From Ostreococcus lucimarinus (Eukaryota): a DNA stretch of 64,000 nt. This document shows positions 1-10,734 of this stretch, one piece after another; positions within the stretch are counted from its first letter, which is position 1, and each line of letters opens with the position of its first letter. The stretch is taken from assembly GCA_000092065.1 (NCBI GenBank), contig CP000584.1; one strand, written 5' to 3'. The notes below the pieces were generated by a model. That model did no database searches, was not told the DNA's origin, and saw nothing but the letters and a program-made list of their open reading frames with translations. The position numbers and the translations under genes are program-made.

Positions 1-17
1 GCGCGCGCGCGCGCGCG
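1..17. repeat. (GC)n dinucleotide microsatellite at window edge
   Basis: gcgcgcgcgcgcgcgcg read directly. Confidence 0.9.
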
Positions 18-63
18 GACGGGACGCGCGACGGCCGACCGTCGACCGCGTCGACCGCGCGCG

Positions 64-2577
64 ATGGCGGACCTCGACGGCGCGCGCGCGGCGCTGCGTC
101 GCGCGGTCGAGCGGCTCGAGGGCGGCGGCGCGCGCGACGACGGCGGCGCGGACGACGACGGCGGCGCGCGACGACGGCGCGCGGCGTCGCGGCGCGCGCG
201 CGCGGACGTCGATCTGCACCACGCGTTGGGCGCGCGCGCGGAGCGGGCGATCGAGCGCGAGACGGGGGCGTACGCGAGCGCGGCGAGCGCGGCGAGCGCG
301 GCGAAGGACGCGAGCGAGGACGCGTACGAGAGCCTGGCGCACGTCGCGCGAGGATGCAGCGCGAGAGCGTTCGTGCGAGGGTTGGGGACGTGGACGACGA
401 CGCTGAGCGAGCGGGTGAGGGCGAGCGAGCGAGGAGGGGCGAGCGGGGCGACGCGGGCGGCGAGCGAGGCGCTGCGGGAGACGCTGACGCGGGCGGGCGG
501 ACTGGCGGACGTGCCGGGGGTGAGGAAGGAGTGCTCGAACGCGATCGCGACGGCGTCGAGCGGGATGGTGCGGATGATGACGCAGGGAACGCGCGAGGGG
601 TTCGAGTTGGCGACGACGTGCGCGAGGTGGCATCCGGGGGCGCTGCGGCCGCACGCGGCGGCGCTGGAGAAGGCGTGCGCGGCGATCGTGAGTTCGAGCG
701 AGGATGAAGACGCGCGCGGGCGCGCGGTGGTGTGTTTGGCGGCGCTGCCGAGAATCGCGGGCGATGCTGGGGCTTGGAGCGCGCACGCGAGGCGCGTGAT
801 GTACGCCGCGCACTCGGCGATGCACGACGCGTTCGAAGGCGCCGAGGACGGCGAGCTCAAGCGTCAACTCGACGTTACGCTCGCACCTCCGACCGAAACG
901 TTGCCGAAACCGTTCACCGAGGGAGGGTGGCCGCTCGGTTCGATCGAGGCTTTGGTTTCAATGTTGGAGTGTCTCGAGGAAATGTGTCGCGCTCGATTTC
1001 CGTGCGCCGTGCCGATGCCCACCGCCGCCGCGGTGACGCTCGTCGCTCGAGCGCTCGCGTGCGATGGCACGCCGGTGGCGTCCATACCGGGGCTTCCACC
1101 GTCTCCGGTGGCGCCAGAGCTCGTCGTCGCGTTGCCGCGCGTGCACATCGCGGCTTTGGGGGTATTAGAGGCGCTACTAGAGACGGCGCGAACCACGGCG
1201 CTGCCGCAGGGAGGTAGAATAGCTAGAGCTCTCGAGGGCGTGCTGCGGGCTAGCGCGCCTTCGCCGAGCGACGTCGAGAATGGGGAACCAATTCGGCATC
1301 GCATGCACGCTCGCGCGTGCGCGCACGACGCCATCGCCATTGCTTCGTACGCGCTCGGCGGGGCGTACGTGAGCGGCGAGCTCGCATCCGCGGTCGCTTC
1401 GTTCGTCATTCAAGATGCGAAACCGTGTGGAACGGGGAAGAGCGCGCTCGCCAGCGGTGGTCAACAAAGCAAAGCGAGTGCGAAGAAACGCAAAAAAGGT
1501 GGCGCGTGGGGTAACGCCACGGCAGAAGGTTTGGACGATCTCACTACGGCTGCGGCTTTGGACGATATGAGCGGCCCCTCGGCGGGGTCGGCGGCTTTGG
1601 AAGCCATCAAGTTGCAAACATCCGCGCTGCGAGCGCTGACTGCGATGCTCACGATCGCCGGCGCCATGCTCGCTCCGGGCATTCGATCGAGAATGGACGT
1701 CACGATCTCACAAGCAATCGCGCAAGTGTGCGATTTGTCCGCGCCGATGGCTGAGGTGGACGACGCGAGCGCCGAACGCCGCGATGCGGCGTTCGACGCT
1801 CTCCTCGCGTCCGTGCTGGCACCTCGACCTTTCCGATCGCCGAATCTACCCTTAGCCGTGGCTGTGTTCGCCAAGGGTTCGTGCGATCCGCAGACGTCGA
1901 AGAAGTGCGCGCAGGCGGCGCTCGCGATTAACGCGTTGTTGCACCCGTCGGCGCCGCCGTTGGCTTCGCAAGCCATTGCGCCGCCTGTCGAGCGCATGGG
2001 TGCCGAAAGTAACGCGATGGCACCACAGTGGGCGTCATTTACATTTGACGCGCACACTGCGGCGAACGTCGGCGCCGCTGACGCGCTGCGAGCGAGCGTT
2101 GGTGATTATTACAAGACGGCGGATGCGCCGACGGCGATAAACGCCGCGGTCAAACAGAATGCCGTGGCGCCTGCACCCGTCGATGATGAGCCCGACGGCG
2201 AGAATGTCGATATGGAAAACAGCGAATTGCCGGCGAATGCAAACGCAACCGTGCAGCCGGCCGAGGTCGAGGCGTTCAAAAACGTCCCCGTCTCCGGATT
2301 CGGAGCGGCCGCCGGCGCGCCGGCGTTCGCCGCGCCAAAGGCAAATGTCGAACCACCGACGGACTTCATCTCCTTCTCCGCACCCGCGAATAAAAAGGCC
2401 AAATCGGACATGTGGGACACCAATCCCGAACCCGTCGGTCTCGGCAGTGGGAAGTCTAAAGTCGTCATGGAGCTCTCCGACGACTCGGACGGAGAACTAC
2501 CCGAAATTCACAGCGGCGACGACGAAGACGAAGAAGACGAAGAAGACGAAGAAGACGAAGGCGAAGAAGACGAATAA
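64..2577 (+). CDS. hypothetical alpha-helical protein with poly-acidic C-terminal tail (DDEDEEDEEDEEDEGEEDE); possibly Rix1/PELP1-like, family uncertain
   Basis: 837-aa ATG ORF with normal amino-acid composition over most of its length. Acidic tail is encoded by a GAA/GAC repeat at 2518-2575. No confident homology recognised. Confidence 0.5.
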   Translation: MADLDGARAALRRAVERLEGGGARDDGGADDDGGARRRRAASRRARADVDLHHALGARAERAIERETGAYASAASAASAAKDASEDAYESLAHVARGCSARAFVRGLGTWTTTLSERVRASERGGASGATRAASEALRETLTRAGGLADVPGVRKECSNAIATASSGMVRMMTQGTREGFELATTCARWHPGALRPHAAALEKACAAIVSSSEDEDARGRAVVCLAALPRIAGDAGAWSAHARRVMYAAHSAMHDAFEGAEDGELKRQLDVTLAPPTETLPKPFTEGGWPLGSIEALVSMLECLEEMCRARFPCAVPMPTAAAVTLVARALACDGTPVASIPGLPPSPVAPELVVALPRVHIAALGVLEALLETARTTALPQGGRIARALEGVLRASAPSPSDVENGEPIRHRMHARACAHDAIAIASYALGGAYVSGELASAVASFVIQDAKPCGTGKSALASGGQQSKASAKKRKKGGAWGNATAEGLDDLTTAAALDDMSGPSAGSAALEAIKLQTSALRALTAMLTIAGAMLAPGIRSRMDVTISQAIAQVCDLSAPMAEVDDASAERRDAAFDALLASVLAPRPFRSPNLPLAVAVFAKGSCDPQTSKKCAQAALAINALLHPSAPPLASQAIAPPVERMGAESNAMAPQWASFTFDAHTAANVGAADALRASVGDYYKTADAPTAINAAVKQNAVAPAPVDDEPDGENVDMENSELPANANATVQPAEVEAFKNVPVSGFGAAAGAPAFAAPKANVEPPTDFISFSAPANKKAKSDMWDTNPEPVGLGSGKSKVVMELSDDSDGELPEIHSGDDEDEEDEEDEEDEGEEDE

Positions 2578-2723
2578 TATCCCGAACGTCGCACTTGTAA
2601 CCATATCGATTCCTTCCACAACGAAACTCTACAGAAACATTTCACGAAACTCGAAAAGTCAACGCGCCCGAGTTCGCGCGCGCGCGACCGACGAGTCGCG
2701 TCACTCTCCCGCGCGCGTCCACG

Positions 2724-3168
2724 ATGAGTGCCGAGGACGCCGTGAAGGCGATACGCATCAAAACCGGCTCCTTGCGGCGTCTGTTTAAAGAGCGCGCGAT
2801 GTACGCCGAGGAAGTTACGAGCGGCGAGGCGAAAGTCGCCGCGATGAAGCGCGAAAACGTCGACGACGGTGACATCAAGCAGCAGGTGCGCGCCCGAGCG
2901 CGAACGACGCGAGCAACGCGACCTCGATGCGTTTTCGTCGCTCACGGTGACTGACGCGCGATGCGGTCGACGCGCGGGGACGCAGGAGAACGTGCTCGAG
3001 GAGAGTGCCATGATGGTGCAAGACAACGCGACGCGCTTGCACGACGCGCTCGGGTCGTTGCAAGTCACCGTGGAGCATTTCGAGTCAGATGCGATGGTAG
3101 AGGCGAGTGAGGAATATGCGGCGGCGGTGGTGTTGTTGAAGGAGGTCGAGGACGCGCTGAGGAAATGA
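2724..3168 (+). CDS. TBCA: tubulin-folding cofactor A (TBCA); join(2724..2885,2986..3168)
   Basis: Exon 1 MSAEDAVKAIRIKTGSLRRLFKERAMYAEEV...DIKQQ matches the TBCA N-terminus (IKIKTGVVKRLVKE...). Exon 2 ENVLEESAMMVQDNATRLHDA...EEYAAAVVLLKEVEDALRK matches the TBCA C-terminus. Intron 2886..2985 has donor GTGCGC, a gactgac branch and acceptor cag, both phase 0. Confidence 0.8.
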
Positions 3169-3265
3169 AGGGGGCGCGGACGTCGAGCGTCGAGCGCTGA
3201 CGCGGTAGTGCTAACAGTTTGTGATTCTAATGCAACTCTATTGATTCTATGTCTACTGGCGCGCG

Positions 3266-4606
3266 CTACGCAATCGTGAAATCGTCCAATCGCCGACGCG
3301 GACTCGTAGATGAAATCGAGGTGATTTCCACGAGCGGCACGGCGTCGGAATCGTCGCCGCGGCGTTGCGACGTCAACGCTTTCAATTTCAGCTGTTCCCA
3401 CTTGTACTTGTTGTATCCGACCACGCCCACCATGCAAAGTCCGAGGCCGACGACGTTCGCGGATCCGAACTTGTCGCCAAAGAGCAACATCCCACACACG
3501 ATGTTTATGATGTCTTTCAACACTCCTATGAACATCATGGACATCGCGCTCGTCTCGTTGAGCAGCTCGAATTCGGCTAAAGTCAAACAAAACGCCATCG
3601 ACGCCCCGCAGGCGAACACGACCAAGTCGACGAATACGTCGATAGGGCTCGCGAGCCACTTTGAGTGTGGAATCGCGAACCACCACCGCTCTTTCAACGA
3701 AGAGAACGTGAAAACGATGACGAACATTATCGGATAAATCAAGGACACGAACACCACCGGATGACTCACGTGATGCGAATCCTTGATCCCCTTCGCGTGG
3801 TCTCCGGGCTCATCGCGGTCGCGATGCATCACGCGCTGCGAAAAGATCCACCGAAGCGCGCTCATGAGCGCCGCGATGAGACACATGATGAAACCAAACA
3901 CATCAAACTGGGCGTCGCCCTCCACCGACATCACCTGCCCGACGACGACCAGCGTCACCACGCCGCCCAAGAACCACGTCGGCCTTTCAAACCTAAATAA
4001 AAACGCCAACCCAAGCGTGAACACGATCGTGCTCGTCTTCGCCACCGTGTACACCGACACCGTGATGAACGCCAACGACAAATTACTCAGCGCGATGTCC
4101 AACGCCATCGCCGCCCCCACCGGCGCCAAATTTCGCCAGTACACCTCCGACGGCACCTCTTCTCGCTTCCCGCGCGCCTTTTCCGCGTCTTCGAGCACGC
4201 CCGCTCCCAGACACGCCCTCGCCATCGCGTACTGCATCGCAAACTGCATCGAAGTCAGGAATATCGGGCACGGAAACCCTCCTCGCTCGACGCCCAGAAT
4301 CTGTTTGTTGAACAGCGCCAACCCGGTCCCCGTGCTGAACCACACGAGCACCAACAGCGAGCACTTCAGCCCGCGCGCGCGCACGTCGCGCATCGCGCGC
4401 GTCGCGGCGTCTTCCCCGTCGCGTCCATCGCGTCCGCGTCCGCGCTTCGCGCGCATGTACCGACGCACGGCGTTTTGAATCTTCACCACCGCGCGGTGCG
4501 TCGCCCTCGCGCGCTCGCTCGGTCGCGCGTCCTCGCCGTCGCTCGCGCGCGCGCGGCTCGCGGCGTCGCGCGCGCCGCGCGATGCGCTCGGCGAGAGCGT
4601 CTGCAT
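3266..4606 (-). CDS. nucleotide-sugar/triose-phosphate transporter family (SLC35/TPT-like) membrane protein; 5' end uncertain
   Basis: Multi-TM sequence typical of the TPT/NST family (KCSLLVLVWFSTGTGLALFNKQILG...MSMMFIGVLKDIINIVCGMLLFGD). Start set at the ATG at 4606..4604. The upstream part of the 580-aa ORF is R-rich low complexity and probably not coding. Confidence 0.6.
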   Translation of the reverse strand: MQTLSPSASRGARDAASRARASDGEDARPSERARATHRAVVKIQNAVRRYMRAKRGRGRDGRDGEDAATRAMRDVRARGLKCSLLVLVWFSTGTGLALFNKQILGVERGGFPCPIFLTSMQFAMQYAMARACLGAGVLEDAEKARGKREEVPSEVYWRNLAPVGAAMALDIALSNLSLAFITVSVYTVAKTSTIVFTLGLAFLFRFERPTWFLGGVVTLVVVGQVMSVEGDAQFDVFGFIMCLIAALMSALRWIFSQRVMHRDRDEPGDHAKGIKDSHHVSHPVVFVSLIYPIMFVIVFTFSSLKERWWFAIPHSKWLASPIDVFVDLVVFACGASMAFCLTLAEFELLNETSAMSMMFIGVLKDIINIVCGMLLFGDKFGSANVVGLGLCMVGVVGYNKYKWEQLKLKALTSQRRGDDSDAVPLVEITSISSTSPRRRLDDFTIA

Positions 4607-4960
4607 CGCGCGCGGCGCGACGCACCGACGCGCGCGCGATGTGACGCGCGCGAGCGACGCGCGGGACTTCGCGACGCGATGCACCGACGGCGCGCGAGCA
4701 ACTGTCGCATCGTCGTCCCGGGCGCGGACGACGACGCGCGCGAACGCGACGCCGATGACGCCGGCGACGTCGGCGGCGGCGGCGGCGGCGCGCGCGGTGA
4801 GGGAGGCGAACACATGTGCGTGCGCGGGAGACGATGACTTTTCGAGACGACGACGACGACGACGACGGAAGAACGGCGGAAGCGCGCGCGAGAGACGAAC
4901 GACTGACCCAACGCGCGCGCGCGCGCGTCGTCGCGCAGCACGGGGTCGGGGACGCTCACG

Positions 4961-6004
4961 ATGGATGAGTTTCGGTTGAACAAGCTCGGACTCGGGGTGT
5001 CGGCGCAAAACTTGCGAGCGCTCGGCGACGACGGCGGACCGAGCGCGTCGGCGTCGACGAGCGAGGTGAGGGAAGCGAACGAACAGGATGAGTTTATATT
5101 AGGCGTGGCGGATCTGGACATCGTGGGGGTGATCGGGACGGGGTCGGGAGGGGTGGTGCGGTTGGCGAAGCATAAGCGAACGGACGAGGCGCTGGCGGTG
5201 AAGAATATCGCGATTTCACTCGCGAGGGACGACGATGGGCGAAAACGCATCATCACCGAGCTTCGTACGTTGCACAAGAGCTCGTGCGAGTACATCGTTC
5301 GTAGTCTAGGGGCATTTTTCGATCAGGGGAGCGTCAACTTGGTGATGGAGTACATGGAGGCGGGCACGATGAGCGACGCAACCAAGTATCTCGGACCGTG
5401 GGGAGAGGACGATTTAGCCGCGGCGACGGCGATGTTAGCGGATGGATTACATTATTTACACACGAAATTGAGTGTCGTCCATCGAGACATCAAACCGTGT
5501 AACGTCCTGCTCAATTTACGCGGCGAGGCGAAACTGAGCGATTTCGGCGTGAGCGGACATCTCGTCGACGCGAGTAAATGTCACTCGTGGGTGGGAACGG
5601 TTACGTACATGTCACCCGAGCGTATTCAGGGTGAGTCATACGAGTTCACCGCGGACGTGTGGAGTTTCGCTCTCACTGTCATGGAGTGCGCGCTCGGTCG
5701 GTTTCCGTACAATTCGCCCGACGTCGCGAGGCGGTATAGCTTTTGGGATCTACTCGATGTCGTCGTCAAAGAGCCCGTGCCTTGTCTTCGACCCGAGCTC
5801 AACGTTTCGGAGGAATTCGACAATTTCGTCGCCTTGGGCTTGAACAAAGACCCTAGCGGTCGCATGTTGGCGAGAAACATGATCGCGCACCCGTGGATTT
5901 TCGGCCGCGACAGGCGCGAAGACAAGCGTAAAATCGCCGCGCTCTCTCGCAGCGCGCTCGAAGCGCGCACGACCGCGAACGCCGCGCGTGATTCGTCCAG
6001 TTAG
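4961..6004 (+). CDS. dual-specificity MAP kinase kinase (MAPKK/MEK-like Ser/Thr kinase)
   Basis: Glycine loop GTGSGGVV, catalytic HRDIKPCNVLL, DFG, activation segment SGHLVDASKCHSWVGT, and TYMSPER/DVWSF motifs. Confidence 0.8.
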   Translation: MDEFRLNKLGLGVSAQNLRALGDDGGPSASASTSEVREANEQDEFILGVADLDIVGVIGTGSGGVVRLAKHKRTDEALAVKNIAISLARDDDGRKRIITELRTLHKSSCEYIVRSLGAFFDQGSVNLVMEYMEAGTMSDATKYLGPWGEDDLAAATAMLADGLHYLHTKLSVVHRDIKPCNVLLNLRGEAKLSDFGVSGHLVDASKCHSWVGTVTYMSPERIQGESYEFTADVWSFALTVMECALGRFPYNSPDVARRYSFWDLLDVVVKEPVPCLRPELNVSEEFDNFVALGLNKDPSGRMLARNMIAHPWIFGRDRREDKRKIAALSRSALEARTTANAARDSSS

Positions 6005-6120
6005 CCGTCGAACGCGGCGTCATCTTTTGTAACTCACCGCTCGCGCATCGCTCGTTTCACTCATTCGCGCGTCGCTCGCGTGGCGTCGCCTGAAATACCG
6101 GTACTCTGCGGCGCGCAGCG

Positions 6121-8265
6121 ATGCACCTCGAGCGCCTCGTAGCGCCGCCGGCGCCCGCCGCCGGCGCGCCGCTCGACGCGGTCGAAGTCCTCGCGCGCTT
6201 CGTCGCGATGCGAGACGTTCGCGGCGCGACGACGGCGTGCGGCGCCGTCGCGAAGGCGCGTTTCGACGACCGCGTCGTGGAATCCGCGCGCGCGTTCGAG
6301 GTCGCGCTCGACGCGCTCGCGCTCGCGACGGCGCGCGAGGGCGGTGACGCGCTGGGCGCGCGCGCGGCGCGCGTGATCGCCGCGTGCGCGCGCGGACGAC
6401 GGTTCAGAGAGGATGCGTTCGGGTCGCGCGCGGCGACGCGGTGCGCCGCGGCGTTCGCAGAGCGAAGGCGCGGCGAAGGCGCGGCGACGGCGAGCGCGTT
6501 GGCGCTCGCGGCGATCGGAAGCGAAGAGTCGTTCGAGGCGTTGGTGGTGCTGGTGCGATCGGGTATCGGTGCGGTGGCGTTTGAAACGCCGTCGTCGGCG
6601 TTGGAATACGCGTACGCGTACGCGTACGGCGTCGCGGCGGAGCGCGCGAGCGGGACGGCGGCGGCGAGCGCTTTACTCGAAGCTTGGGAACGCGTGGACG
6701 TCGGTGACGAGTATGCGGTGTTACGAAAGTGCCTATTTGGAGGGCGGTCGCTGCGGCGCGTTTTGGAGAGCGTGGTGACGGGTGGGGCGGTGCCGAAGGC
6801 GAACGCGGACGTCGTCGTCGCGGCGTGCGCGAAGGACGGTCGCTGCGGCGCCGTGTACGTCTTATCGGCGATGTATAGATCGAGCGTGGCTTTGAACGAC
6901 GAAGCCATGCGTGCCTCGTGTGGGGTGGCGTTGATGCGTTCGGTCGGCGTCCTCGAGCGCTGGATCGCGTGCACGGCGCGTGACCCGTCGCTGGAAGCGC
7001 GTGCGTTTGCGAGCGTGTCGACGATTTCGGCGTGCTTGGATATGGATGGGCAAAACGGACCGTTACAGTCCGTGCGCGCCGTCGTGGCGCGAGCGACTTG
7101 CAAGATATTCGCTCTCATGAATGTTTCCTTGTTGCAATCGCTAGCGCGCGGGCGGGATCCGCGAGAAGCCTCGAGAATATTAGAGGATCTCACGACGTCG
7201 CCCATTTACATGAATGCGCACTTCATTGCCGAAGCGGTTTCACGAGACGACGGTCTGGATCCGCGGCAATCGCTGCCGATGCTGATGGAATTTTCAAGAA
7301 ACGTATACGACACGGCGCAGGAGCTGGCTGCTTCAGAGTGCGCGGGTTGGACTGACACTTTGGATAATTCAGTTGTGCGCGCGGCGCGTGCGAACATTTA
7401 TGACTTCGCGCTCATTACACTCAAGAACGCTCTACGAGGACGTCTTGAGGCGCATGTCGGTGATGCGATGTTTGTTTTGTCGCACCTTGAATTCGCTAGA
7501 TCAACAAGTCTTGAGTACGCTCAAGTCCTTGGCGCGCTCGCGACGTTGCTGAATAGTTTGCCGTCGAGTAGCGACGCGCCCGCCGCGATGGCGTTTCTCG
7601 CGTCGTTACCCGAGCTCGCGGGCGACGCGTGGCGCGGCGACAAGATTCTCGGCGCTCGAATGCACCTAATCCTCAGGCTACTGCCGTTTGCGTTGTCGAA
7701 GTTTACGACGCCACGCATCATCGTTGATGTGTGTCCTTACGTGCGTCGATGTTGCGACCACGAGGCGAAGCACGTCGTGAAAGCGGCGCACGTGGCGTAC
7801 GTGGGCATTTTCCACGCGCGTCCAGAACTCAACGGACAGTTGTTCCCAGACTATCTTCGAATGTCGCTCGAACGATACCCTGCATCCACGCCCCTAGAGC
7901 CGCTCGTCGCTGCTGTTGGATTGGTGACCAAGTTCGGCGAAGCTGGAAGTGAGTTGGCGCTCTTCGTCGCGCGCGAGCTCTCTGAAAAGGTGAAGAACAT
8001 GGACGCGGCGCCGCCAACGATGAGTTCAGAAGACCCGCCGGTCGAGCCTCTGAGACGATTACTCTTTCAGCTCGTCACTTTGGTCGACTTTCCACTCATA
8101 CCTGTCATACAGGACATCTTAGAGGATGCCGTTTTAGATAGCTCGGACCCGTTCACGAGAGCGAGGCGGCACGAGACGCTCGCATACACGGTGATGCGAT
8201 GCCCGGATTACGCGCGAAAGCCGATGATGGTTGATTGGGTGATGCAAATGAATAGCAAGTTGTGA
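6121..8265 (+). CDS. hypothetical large alpha-helical (HEAT/ARM-like) protein
   Basis: 714-aa ORF with normal composition. No family recognised. Contains a YAYAYAY repeat. Confidence 0.5.
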   Translation: MHLERLVAPPAPAAGAPLDAVEVLARFVAMRDVRGATTACGAVAKARFDDRVVESARAFEVALDALALATAREGGDALGARAARVIAACARGRRFREDAFGSRAATRCAAAFAERRRGEGAATASALALAAIGSEESFEALVVLVRSGIGAVAFETPSSALEYAYAYAYGVAAERASGTAAASALLEAWERVDVGDEYAVLRKCLFGGRSLRRVLESVVTGGAVPKANADVVVAACAKDGRCGAVYVLSAMYRSSVALNDEAMRASCGVALMRSVGVLERWIACTARDPSLEARAFASVSTISACLDMDGQNGPLQSVRAVVARATCKIFALMNVSLLQSLARGRDPREASRILEDLTTSPIYMNAHFIAEAVSRDDGLDPRQSLPMLMEFSRNVYDTAQELAASECAGWTDTLDNSVVRAARANIYDFALITLKNALRGRLEAHVGDAMFVLSHLEFARSTSLEYAQVLGALATLLNSLPSSSDAPAAMAFLASLPELAGDAWRGDKILGARMHLILRLLPFALSKFTTPRIIVDVCPYVRRCCDHEAKHVVKAAHVAYVGIFHARPELNGQLFPDYLRMSLERYPASTPLEPLVAAVGLVTKFGEAGSELALFVARELSEKVKNMDAAPPTMSSEDPPVEPLRRLLFQLVTLVDFPLIPVIQDILEDAVLDSSDPFTRARRHETLAYTVMRCPDYARKPMMVDWVMQMNSKL

Positions 8266-8320
8266 ATAGTAAGCTGTAGAACAAGCTTTAGAAATTCAGT
8301 AAGACTGGTGTAACAACTGC

Positions 8321-9805
8321 TTAGCGCGCGAAAGGAATGGATTTGCGAATGTCTTCTAAAAATCCCACTGGATCTTTTTGAAACGTCTCTATTCCGTCTT
8401 GAATCCACTTCGACCCGAGCTTGAGACGATGTTCGTTTGTGGGCATACGATAGAGGTACGCCAGCCGCCGCAGCGCCGCCGCAGCAGGTCCCTCTAACGT
8501 GATGTCGCCGACGGGAAACGCGACGGCGGCGTCAAGACTACCGAGAACCATCATATCGCCGAGGTGTTGGTAGCGAAACGGAAGCTCCGTTCGTCCGTTC
8601 ATCGAAGCCCAGATGTTCCAGGCCGCGTAGTCGGCCTGTTGGAACGCCACTTGCGCCGTGGACGGTAAGTGGTCCCAGTCCGCGTTCATCACCTCGGCCG
8701 AGCTCGAAGAAGCGTCACCCACGGCATAAATGCGCGAGTGTCCATTCACTCGAAGCGTCGCGTCCGTTTTGATTTTGCGCGCCGGCGTCGTCGCCACGGG
8801 CCAATCACTCGGTGTTTCTGCGCGCTGCCCGACGGTCCAGCAAACGAGGTCGTATGTCTCAACTCCTTCTGCCCCATCGTCGTCGGCGAGAGTGATTTTT
8901 GACGCGGTACTCACAGTCTCTTCGTCGTTTGCGACTTTGTCCAGACGCATGACTCGACCGCCGACGACGTTGACCCGCGCCTTTTCGAGCACTCGCAGCG
9001 CCGCTTCGCGTTGCCCTGGCGGCGCCGTCGCCATCACGCGCTTATTTGGCGTGATCACATCCACCACACCGTTCGTTGATTTCCCATTCAAGCGCTCGGC
9101 GATCACCGAAGCCAACTCTACGCCCGACAGCCCGCCGCCGATGACGGCGACGCGCGCGTCTCGCCCCGCGCGTTCAAGCTCCCCGAGCACTCCCGCGATC
9201 CGCACCGCATCTTCCGCCGTGTTCAGCGCCACCGCACACTCTCTCGCTCCCGCCACACCTCCATCGCTCGTCGACGTCCCGAGCGCGAGCACCAAGTAAT
9301 CGTACGCCAGCGTCGTCCCGTCCCCGAGCGTAATCGACCCTCCCGTCGCGCTGTACGGCGTCCCATCCCGCATCGTACCCCTGTCCTCCGGCTCGAACGA
9401 CACGACTTCACCCTTCACGTGCGTCACCTTCGTCGGCTTCAGCAGCTCTTCGAACGTCGGCGCCACCTCCCACGGCTCCAGCGTCTCGTTGACGAGTTCG
9501 TACAGCAGCGGCTTGAACACGAACGCCTCCGCGCGATCGACCACGGTGATCTCCGGCCTCGTCTCGCCCGCCCACTCGAGCGAGTCCAGCCGCAGGGCGG
9601 TGTAGAGCCCGCCGAATCCACCGCCGAGGACGACGACGCGCCGCGGCGAGGACGAGGACGAAGGTTCGGCGGTCGCTCGAGGCGACGTCACGCATCTTTT
9701 ATCGGGACGCGCGCGAAGCGAACGCGCGCGGGACGGCGCGCGACGCGTCGAACGCGTCGAGCACGATGCGTCGAACGCGGTGCGCGCGATCGAAGGAGGC
9801 ATCAC
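8321..9805 (-). CDS. type II NAD(P)H dehydrogenase (alternative NADH dehydrogenase, NDC1-like) with organellar presequence
   Basis: Rossmann motif VVVLGGGFGGLYTA, a second dinucleotide-binding motif RVAVIGGGLSGVELA, and an S/R-rich N-terminal presequence. Confidence 0.8.
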   Translation of the reverse strand: MMPPSIARTAFDASCSTRSTRRAPSRARSLRARPDKRCVTSPRATAEPSSSSSPRRVVVLGGGFGGLYTALRLDSLEWAGETRPEITVVDRAEAFVFKPLLYELVNETLEPWEVAPTFEELLKPTKVTHVKGEVVSFEPEDRGTMRDGTPYSATGGSITLGDGTTLAYDYLVLALGTSTSDGGVAGARECAVALNTAEDAVRIAGVLGELERAGRDARVAVIGGGLSGVELASVIAERLNGKSTNGVVDVITPNKRVMATAPPGQREAALRVLEKARVNVVGGRVMRLDKVANDEETVSTASKITLADDDGAEGVETYDLVCWTVGQRAETPSDWPVATTPARKIKTDATLRVNGHSRIYAVGDASSSSAEVMNADWDHLPSTAQVAFQQADYAAWNIWASMNGRTELPFRYQHLGDMMVLGSLDAAVAFPVGDITLEGPAAAALRRLAYLYRMPTNEHRLKLGSKWIQDGIETFQKDPVGFLEDIRKSIPFAR

Positions 9806-9979
9806 GGCGCGGGCGCGCGCGTCGGTGTGACGAACGACTCGGCGGACGACGCGAACGACGCGAACGCGCGGCGGACAACGCGAAGGCGAAAGACGCCGCG
9901 CGCGATGGGCTACGCACGTCGTGGACTACACATTACATCGAAAATTATTTCTACGATCGCGAGACGGTCGGCGGCGCGC

Positions 9980-10654
9980 TCACCCCATCGTCTCGCGCGG
10001 CGCGCCGTCGGCGGCGCGCGCGTACAACTTTTGCGTTTCGTCGAGGGCGACGTGCGCGAAGCAATAACTCACGCACGGCATCGACCGCGCCTCGCACGAA
10101 GGTTCCTGACACACCGACGTCGTCCCTTCGAGCGCGCGCGCGGCCTCGGCCTCCTCCGCGGCGTCGCGCGATCCCCCGTGTCCGCGTCGTAACTCAAACC
10201 TTCGATGCTTCTTGCGCAACTCCTCGAGCAGGCGCCAATACTGATCCCTATACATCGACCGAAGCTCGCGCATGCGCTTCAACCGTCGCTCGACGAGCGC
10301 TCGCTGCGTCGTGTTCCCGTCGTCGTCGTCGTCGGCATCGTCGCCGTCCGCACCGACCGACTCGCGTCTCGCGTCGTCGTCGTCGTCGTCGTCGTCGAGC
10401 GCGTCGTCGAGCGCGTCGTCGTCGAAGCCGAGCGCCGCGCGAAACTTGGCGCGAAGCGCGACGTCGCGATCGACGACGTTCGCGCGCGTTCCGTTCGTCG
10501 TCGTCGTCTCGTCCGCGCGCGTCGTCGTCGCCGCGTCCGCGCCGCCGTCGCGCGTCGCGCCTTCGCCGCCCAATCCTCGTCCTTTCCCGTCCTCGTTCGC
10601 GTCGCTCGCCGCGCGCGCGCCTCCCCGCGCCCCTCCCGCGTCGCGCATGTTCAC
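9980..10654 (-). CDS. small acidic protein with C-terminal Cys motif resembling zf-C3Hc3H of INO80D/KANSL2
   Basis: C-terminal half has protein-like composition (...YRDQYWRLLEELRKKHRRF...CQEPSCEARSMPCVSYCFAHV...). It lies antisense to the junk N-terminus of the 884-aa plus ORF. Confidence 0.4.
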   Translation of the reverse strand: MNMRDAGGARGGARAASDANEDGKGRGLGGEGATRDGGADAATTTRADETTTTNGTRANVVDRDVALRAKFRAALGFDDDALDDALDDDDDDDDARRESVGADGDDADDDDDGNTTQRALVERRLKRMRELRSMYRDQYWRLLEELRKKHRRFELRRGHGGSRDAAEEAEAARALEGTTSVCQEPSCEARSMPCVSYCFAHVALDETQKLYARAADGAPRETMG

Positions 10655-10734
10655 CCGCGGTCCGATCGCGCGCGGTTTCGTCGCGCGCGGTCGCGCGCGC
10701 CGCGCAGTGCGTCGTCACACGTCGACGCGCCGCG

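Noticed and set aside
2508-3686. Long minus-strand ORFs overlapping TBCA and similar giant ORFs elsewhere (26188..27711 -, 30670..33765 +, 54676..55878 +, 54863..56005 -, 37758..38782 both strands, 41467..42442 -)
   Set aside because: Translations are dominated by R/A/G/D runs (e.g. RRRRARRR...), typical of out-of-frame or antisense reading of 70% GC DNA. They overlap well-supported conserved genes on the other strand or frame.
9766-10734. N-terminal 320 aa of the 884-aa plus ORF, plus analogous leaders of the 1111-aa ORF (25774..26685) and the 1252-aa ORF (32948..33085)
   Set aside because: R/S/P-rich low complexity, antisense to real genes (zf protein, GWD). Homology-supported Met codons lie downstream at 10735, 26686 and 33086.
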